A stretch of DNA of 40,451 nt from Catajapyx aquilonaris. Lineage: Eukaryota. Below, in pieces: positions 34,743-40,451 of this stretch. Under the pieces are notes generated by a model. The model had not been told where the DNA came from. It saw nothing but the letters and a program-made list of their open reading frames with translations, and made no database searches. The translations under genes and the position numbers were made by a program. Each line of letters starts with the position of its first letter. Position 1 is the first letter of the stretch. The stretch spans positions 1 to 40,451 of the forward strand of contig JYFJ02003532.1 in assembly GCA_000934665.2 (NCBI GenBank). The letters run 5' to 3'.

Positions 34743-35607
34743 GCTGGCTGCCACTATCGAATGCCCCTACACGAACAAAGGAAAACTTAGAAAACCAGTA
34801 CAAAATGTTGCAAACAGTGATTAGACATCAGGAAGGTGACTGATAGCAGGCAAACTGATAACCTTAAATGAGTAACCTGCTGCGTATGTGCAAGTACATT
34901 GTTTACAATGTTTACAGAGTCTTATCCCGGTAACATTCTGATTGGTTCAAACAGTCGGTAATCACAGTACTGGCGAATCTTCTAGTATATTACATACAGA
35001 TTCATAAAAGAAAGGCATACCAACAGCAGAACAGGTGTATGTTGAACTAAAGTCAGCCACAGGCGATGGGTGAGGCTGCTGCCTCTTACACTGGGTTATG
35101 TGCTACGGGCAGCTGTAGGGCACACCAGCCCGAGTCTTGCCCTGGTTCCCTGTTACTCACTACAAAAAGCACCAGCTGAGCAGCGACTAGTCAGTGGACT
35201 AGTCCCACTGTCCCACAAGAATAAATGGTTGATTCGGATTCCAGCCCACAGATGGATGTGTAGTGGCGCTCTTCATAACAAAAACATTCTCAGGCTGAAT
35301 ATAGCGTAGCAGTAAAAGTGCCCTTAGCAGCTTCTTTATTAGCTATATTTTGGAAAGGGCTGGAAATAGAATATGATTAAGTCGGCGCACATTTTTAGAT
35401 GATGTGGATTTTTTTCATAACATTTTTAGCAGGTGATAGATGCTGGATGAGCTAATGAGGATTTGGATTAATTGATCAAGTGTGGGCGTATTTCCGGGCC
35501 TGCTCAGGGTCTATTTTGGCATCTGTCCGACTGTCCCAGGCGGCAGACTCGGCATGGCTTCTCCCACGGATTCTCCCATGACAACATAACAAAAACAAAA
35601 GAAATAC

Positions 35608-35737
35608 CTCTGGGGTGGAGCCTTCCATCCTCCTGAAGGGTCCAGGAGACTGCGGTTGAGAAGTGGGAGGTTTTGAAGAGAAGCGTAGGTGTGAATATTT
35701 TCTGGCAGGGAGTGTCATGTTTTCTTGTTATTTTCAC
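35608..35737 (-). CDS. TBCEL: Candidate upstream TBCEL exon (5' UTR or N-terminal extension)
   Basis: CTCTTACAG| acceptor and GAG|GTATTT donor. The ATG at 35718 gives 37 codons in phase 0, in frame with exon 1. Confidence 0.4.
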
Positions 35738-36441
35738 CTGTAAGAGTGTCTTGTTCTCAGGGAACTTGCCATTAAGGCCCCTAGTCCCCTAACAATGCCC
35801 TGAGTAGCTTGCTTTCTTGGATAATTGGTTGTTCACTGCTCTGACGGCCCAAGTCAAAACCCGGCACCAGACCCAGTATCTCGGCTTTGTGTCATTTCGA
35901 GATATTCGCTTTTGAAGTTTTTTCTTTCCATTATCGTATATGAAAGTGTGCATGATTTCAATTGGCCAAAACTTTGCGACGGTTGCTCCGACAGTTACAG
36001 GATTTGCACCAAAAGGTGTGGCTTGCAAAGAGGAGTGCAATGGTGCATTTATCTCAATTTACGTGATTTTTGAAGATACAGGGTTTTAACTTGGGCTGAC
36101 AGTACTGACCTTTTATATATCTTGGTATGATGATCACTCAGTCGGTGAATTACCCAAGGTGAACTGGGCAGAAGGGTAAGGCTTGCACAAATTTGGTTAT
36201 ATTGTGCTGGTGTGCCTGTAAGTGTATCCGGAGCACTTCAATATTGCAATGGAAGTTTGGGAGTTGCTGTGATAAATTACGGTTTTAACTCATCACAAAG
36301 GGCCATGATAACGGCCAAACTTCCATTGTAATCTTTGATGGAAACATCGTAAATGTGTATATTTTTGCATAAGTCATCCTGTTTTGGTTTAGTTATAATA
36401 ATATTCATCATCATCATCATCTGGGTAATGATGACGAGGTA

Positions 36442-36998
36442 TGTACCACGGACCTTTATTATTTAATGTCATCAACTTAAATATGATTAACCAGGTTCAG
36501 TCGACGTTATAGTTTTCTGTGTGCCAGGTTGAGAAATTGAAATTCAACACAAGCTGAAGTAACAAGTAGTTTATTGTGACTTTAAAAAAAAGTAGGGTAA
36601 ATCAAGACTAGTACAAGATTATGGGGTTTAACCAAGTATAGTTACGAGTCACAATTATGACAGTAAAATAAGTACGGGGTTTAATCACTAACATGTAGGA
36701 TCGGACCGTCGCTTTGTCTGGAGAGAGTGTGTCTGGTACGGAGTCTCTTCGATGATGTGCCCTGGGATGCTCTGCCACTTGGGGCAAGCAAACGCGGATT
36801 ATTTATATGGAATTAAAACCCGAAAACTACTGCACTGAGGCCTCAATGATGCACACTCGTTTCCATTGAATTAATTTGGATTGCCGCAGATTAGCGTTCT
36901 ATCCCTGCCTTGCATCATGATATGCAACTGCACATCATGATGCAAGTGCTTTTCCGCCGATGCAGGGGAAACTGACATACGTGACATACGACGTGACA
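36442..36998 (-). mobile_element. Possible solo LTR
   Basis: TGT..ACG / CGTGACA-type ends; minus-strand TATA-like (~36803) and AATAAA (~36570) in LTR order. No TSD found and boundaries uncertain. Confidence 0.25.
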
Positions 36999-37082
36999 TG
37001 CGAGAAACAAGGTTAAATTATGTAATGCTGTACGCGGAATACTATGCAAGAGTAAGGGAAGATGTTGCAGTAACTACTGCCA

Positions 37083-37347
37083 AGGCCGATACAATGGCGT
37101 AGTGGTTAGTGCCTCAGCCTTCCACCTCTAAGGTCCCGAGTTCAATCCCTGTGTCGTATGGAGGACACTTATGTGGATAGAGTTTCAATGGGTTCTGTCC
37201 GTGTTCGCGTGGGTTTTCTCAGGGTTCTCCCATTTCCTCCCCCTATCAAAATTCATCACAGCGCAGGCAATGATTAAAGATGGTTCACGAAAAGATGATC
37301 CCCTAAGAGGCCCAAGGAAGCCTATCACGGGGTATCTATTATTATTA
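37083..37347 (+). mobile_element. tRNA-derived SINE, family 3
   Basis: Head TGGCGTAGTGGTTAG..GAGTTCAATCCC, V-like core and (ATT)n tail. TSD TAACTACTGC at 37071-37080 and 37348-37357. Confidence 0.9.
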
Positions 37348-37358
37348 TAACTACTGCT

Positions 37359-37507
37359 GGGGAGATGAAGTGGCGCCGCGGTAACGCTCGCGCCCACGGA
37401 TATTAAGGTCCCGGGTTCAATCCCCACCCGGGGTTTCCACCTTTATCCGTGCAGAGTTGGGCCATCTCTAGCTTCATTTCGGGTGGCAATTTCCGATAGA
37501 CTAAGCC
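37359..37507 (+). mobile_element. 3'-truncated tRNA-derived SINE (head only, fourth type)
   Basis: GGGGAGATGAAGTGGCGCCGCGGTAACG..AGGTCCCGGGTTCAATCCCC (A/B boxes), fused directly to the truncated Sola-like copy. Confidence 0.7.
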
Positions 37508-39213
37508 ACCTTGACCAAAATTTAGTGACATGTACTACTCATTGACCTATGCAGGAATCCAAATTATTATCCATCTGCGTTGCATGGTTGCATAACCACA
37601 GGGTGTCAAAGATGCCAATTTTCGACCATTTTTTATACGTTCGCTGTCACTAAGATGGCCATATCTCCTAGAAGGTCAGGTCAAATATAACATTTGATAT
37701 GTGCATTCGAAGGGGCATTTTACGCTCTATGAGATGGCCATACTCAAAATGGAAAAATCCAAAAATTTAAAATCAAATATGGCACCCAAAACATTGATTT
37801 TGATATTGGTCGTGAATCGACCCCTACGATTTCTTTTGAATGGCACTTAAAATGACAAGGGCAATGTTTACTTCACATTTCCGAAAAATCTCAAGAACCC
37901 TTTTTCGATATTTGCCGACAATAAAAACTTTTTGGGTTTCAAACTCGTCCCGTAAGTGTAGTCACCTCATTTGGAGGACTGTAACTAGGAGAAGATCAGG
38001 TCAAATCTTATATTTGATATGCGTATTCGGAAGGTATTTTTATGCCCCAGGAGATGGTCATACTCAACATGGAGGAATCAAAAAACTTTAAATCTAAGAT
38101 GACGGCCAATTTTTGATTTTGATATTGATCAATATTCGACCCCCACGATTTCTTTTGAATGGCACTTAAAATGATCAGGGTAATGTTTACTTGAGAATTC
38201 CGCAAAATCGGGAGAACCCTTTTTTGATAATTGCCTAATATAAAAACATGTTAGTTGCGAGACGCATACCGTAAATGTAGTCACCTCAATAAATTATCAA
38301 TAAAATTGCTCCAAATTTGTTGCGTTAAATATTCATGCTACATATCGCGAGAATGCCTGATTCTAGCACTCTACATTGGTAATAATAATTAATAAATGCC
38401 GATTTTAAGGACATACTAAAAAGATATGTTTTTATATTTGGCAAATATCGAAAAATGGTTCTCCCGATTTTGCGGAAATCTCAAGTAAACATTACCCTGA
38501 TCATTTTAAGTGCCATTCAAAAGAAATCGTGGGGGTCAAATATTGATCAATATCAAAATCAAAAATTGGCCGTCATCTTTGATTTAAAGTTTTTTGATTC
38601 TTCCATGTTGAGTATGACCATCTCCTGGGGCATAAAAATACCTTCCGAATACGCATATCAAATATAAGATTTGACCTGATCTTCTCCTAGTTACAGTCCT
38701 CCAAATGAGGTGACTACACTTACGGGACGAGTTTGAAACCAAAAAAGTTTTTATTGTCGGCAAATATCGAAAAAGGGTTCTTGAGATTTTTCGGAAATGT
38801 GAAGTAAACATTGCCCTTGTCATTTTAAGTGCCATTCAAAAGAAATCGTAGGGGTCGATTCACGACCAATATCAAAATCAATGTTTTGGGTGCCATATTT
38901 GATTTTAAATTTTTGGATTTTTCCATTTTGAGTATGGCCATCTCATAGAGCGTAAAATGCCCCTTCGAATGCACATATCAAATGTTATATTTGACCTGAC
39001 CTTCTAGGAGATATGGCCATCTTAGTGACAGCGAACGTATAAAAAATGGTTGAAAATTGGCATCTTTGACACCCTGTGGTTATGCAACCATGCAACGCAG
39101 ATGGATAATAATTTGGATTCCTGCATAGGTCAATGAGTAGTACATGTCACTAAATTTTGGTCAAGGTCCTCAAAGATTTGTCGGAAGGTGGCCCGCTTGA
39201 CGTGGAATGCCTC
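37508..39213. mobile_element. Long-TIR Sola-like element, copy 2 (left tip and part of the centre deleted)
   Basis: Highly similar to 14659-16581. It lacks the first ~47 bp and ~175 bp of the centre (junction ~38426). Right end GGAATGCCTC|ATAT. Confidence 0.88.
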
Positions 39214-39349
39214 ATATATAAATATATAACTACTGCTTACCCAGCGGTGGTCACACATATACCATAGTGCATATTGTCACCTTTTTATGAAGCACCTGGG
39301 TCCATGGGCAGGGTGACTTGGAGGGGATGTGCAAGGTGCAAGTACAATC

Positions 39350-39835
39350 ATCTGGCCAGGAGCATATTTGTAGGCCCAAAACAAGTCAAAAATGTAGGGG
39401 GGATGTTGAGGGACTAACCGATAATGAGGTAGATGACCAGAAACATTGGCATACCCCTAGACACATGCAACGCGCACGACGCCTCTTCGTAGGGAGATCC
39501 CCTGACTGGTGGACCTGCTTACCTTACTGGGGTTGCCTAGGGAGCAGGATATGAGCGTGATAATCATGGCTGCGAAAAGGTTATCTTGCAAAATCCCATT
39601 GGTGATGATTATCATGCTCATATCCAGCTCCCTAGGCAACCCCTGTATGGTAAGCGGGTCCACCTGTCAGGGGATCTCCTTACATAGAAGCATCGTGTGT
39701 GTTGTCACGTGTCTAGAATCTAGAGTTAGGCCAATGTGTCTGGTTGTCTACCTCGTTACCAGTTGGCCTCTTGACTTTTCTCCCGTCTACATTTTCGACT
39801 TGTTTTAGGTCAATGAGTATGCTGCCTGCCGGTTG
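39350..39835. mobile_element. Old palindromic MITE
   Basis: AAAACAAGTCAAAAATGTAG / CTACATTTTCGACTTGTTTT and GGGGTTGCCTAGGGAGCAGGATATGAGC / GCTCATATCCAGCTCCCTAGGCAACCCC pair as arms. Related fragments at ~25903-26150 and ~40040-40230. Confidence 0.75.
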
Positions 39836-39901
39836 ACCTTCTGGTAAGATTCATCCTATATTGGGGGGAGAAATGTCAAAGAACCAACCAGTAACAAGAT
39901 G

Positions 39902-40036
39902 TACTATTGGGTTCAAAGACTTTTGGCCACTTTATCCTGGTCTTGAAGCAACCTTTTACACACACCTCCTTAACATGTGTGCAGGGTTGCTTCAAGACCA
40001 GGATAAAGTGGCCAGAAGTATTTGAACCCGATAGTA
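39902..40036. mobile_element. Palindromic MITE, same family as 13583-13728
   Basis: TACTATTGGGTTCAAA..TGGCCACTTTATCCTGGTCTTGAAGCAACC ... GGTTGCTTCAAGACCAGGATAAAGTGGCCA..TTTGAACCCGATAGTA. Confidence 0.87.
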
Positions 40037-40235
40037 CAACCAGATATATAGGTCTGCCCCTAGACACACACAACATCACACGACATATATTTGTAGAGGG
40101 ATCGCCTGACAGATAGACCATGATAATCATTACTGTGAAAGAGACAACCTTGCAAAATGCCATCGGAAAGGATCATCACACGCATATTTTGCTCCCTAGG
40201 CAACTTTGGTAAGGTGAGCTGGTCATCTGTCAGCA

Positions 40236-40385
40236 AAGGTGGGCATTAGCGCATGCTAATCTGCTAACTTCTAATAGCGGAACTAATTTTATGTTAGCTG
40301 ATTAGCGGTTCTCGCTAACTTTTCAGGCTGCTAGCGGACCAATTAGCTTCCGCTAAAGGACCTGTTCAAGTAGCCCCGCTACCTA
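40236..40385. repeat. GCTAA/TTAGC-rich subterminal repeat tract, probably a hAT-type MITE end
   Basis: AGGTGGGCA followed by many GCTAA/TTAGC/TAGCGG motifs; no partner end seen in the window. Confidence 0.4.
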
Positions 40386-40451
40386 AACGGCAACCATCTT
40401 GCGCATCTTGTAGTGTATAATCTATGCACCTAGTTTTACGCTAAAGGCCGC

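Noticed and set aside
35770..36350. Possible TTAA-GG-terminated transposon fragment, faintly similar to ~130-280
   Set aside because: No matching right terminus found and the similarity is too short to support a call.

Overview
This is animal genomic DNA, probably from an invertebrate; I cannot identify the species. It has spliceosomal introns, tRNA-derived SINEs and very dense non-autonomous DNA transposons. One complete protein-coding gene can be assembled on the minus strand: TBCEL (tubulin-specific chaperone cofactor E-like; LRR + C-terminal ubiquitin-like domain). It has six GT-AG coding exons between 34742 and 28723 with consistent phases (1338 nt, 445 aa), plus a candidate upstream in-frame exon. 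A converging plus-strand gene contributes only a probable last coding exon (5527-5786), followed by about 5 kb of TE-poor, CpG-poor sequence that looks like a long 3' UTR. Almost everything else is mobile DNA: a 3.2-kb foldback-type element, two copies of a ~1.9-kb long-TIR Sola-like element, an internally deleted mariner, a palindrome built from two inverted mariner 3' ends, a split hAT transposase relic, many MITEs (often nested), and seven full-length SINEs of three families plus one truncated SINE head. I found no CRISPR array, rRNA or genuine tRNA, and no clearly new multi-gene system. The most interesting signals are in TE architecture and possible TBCEL isoforms. Superfamily assignments rest on termini and TSDs only.
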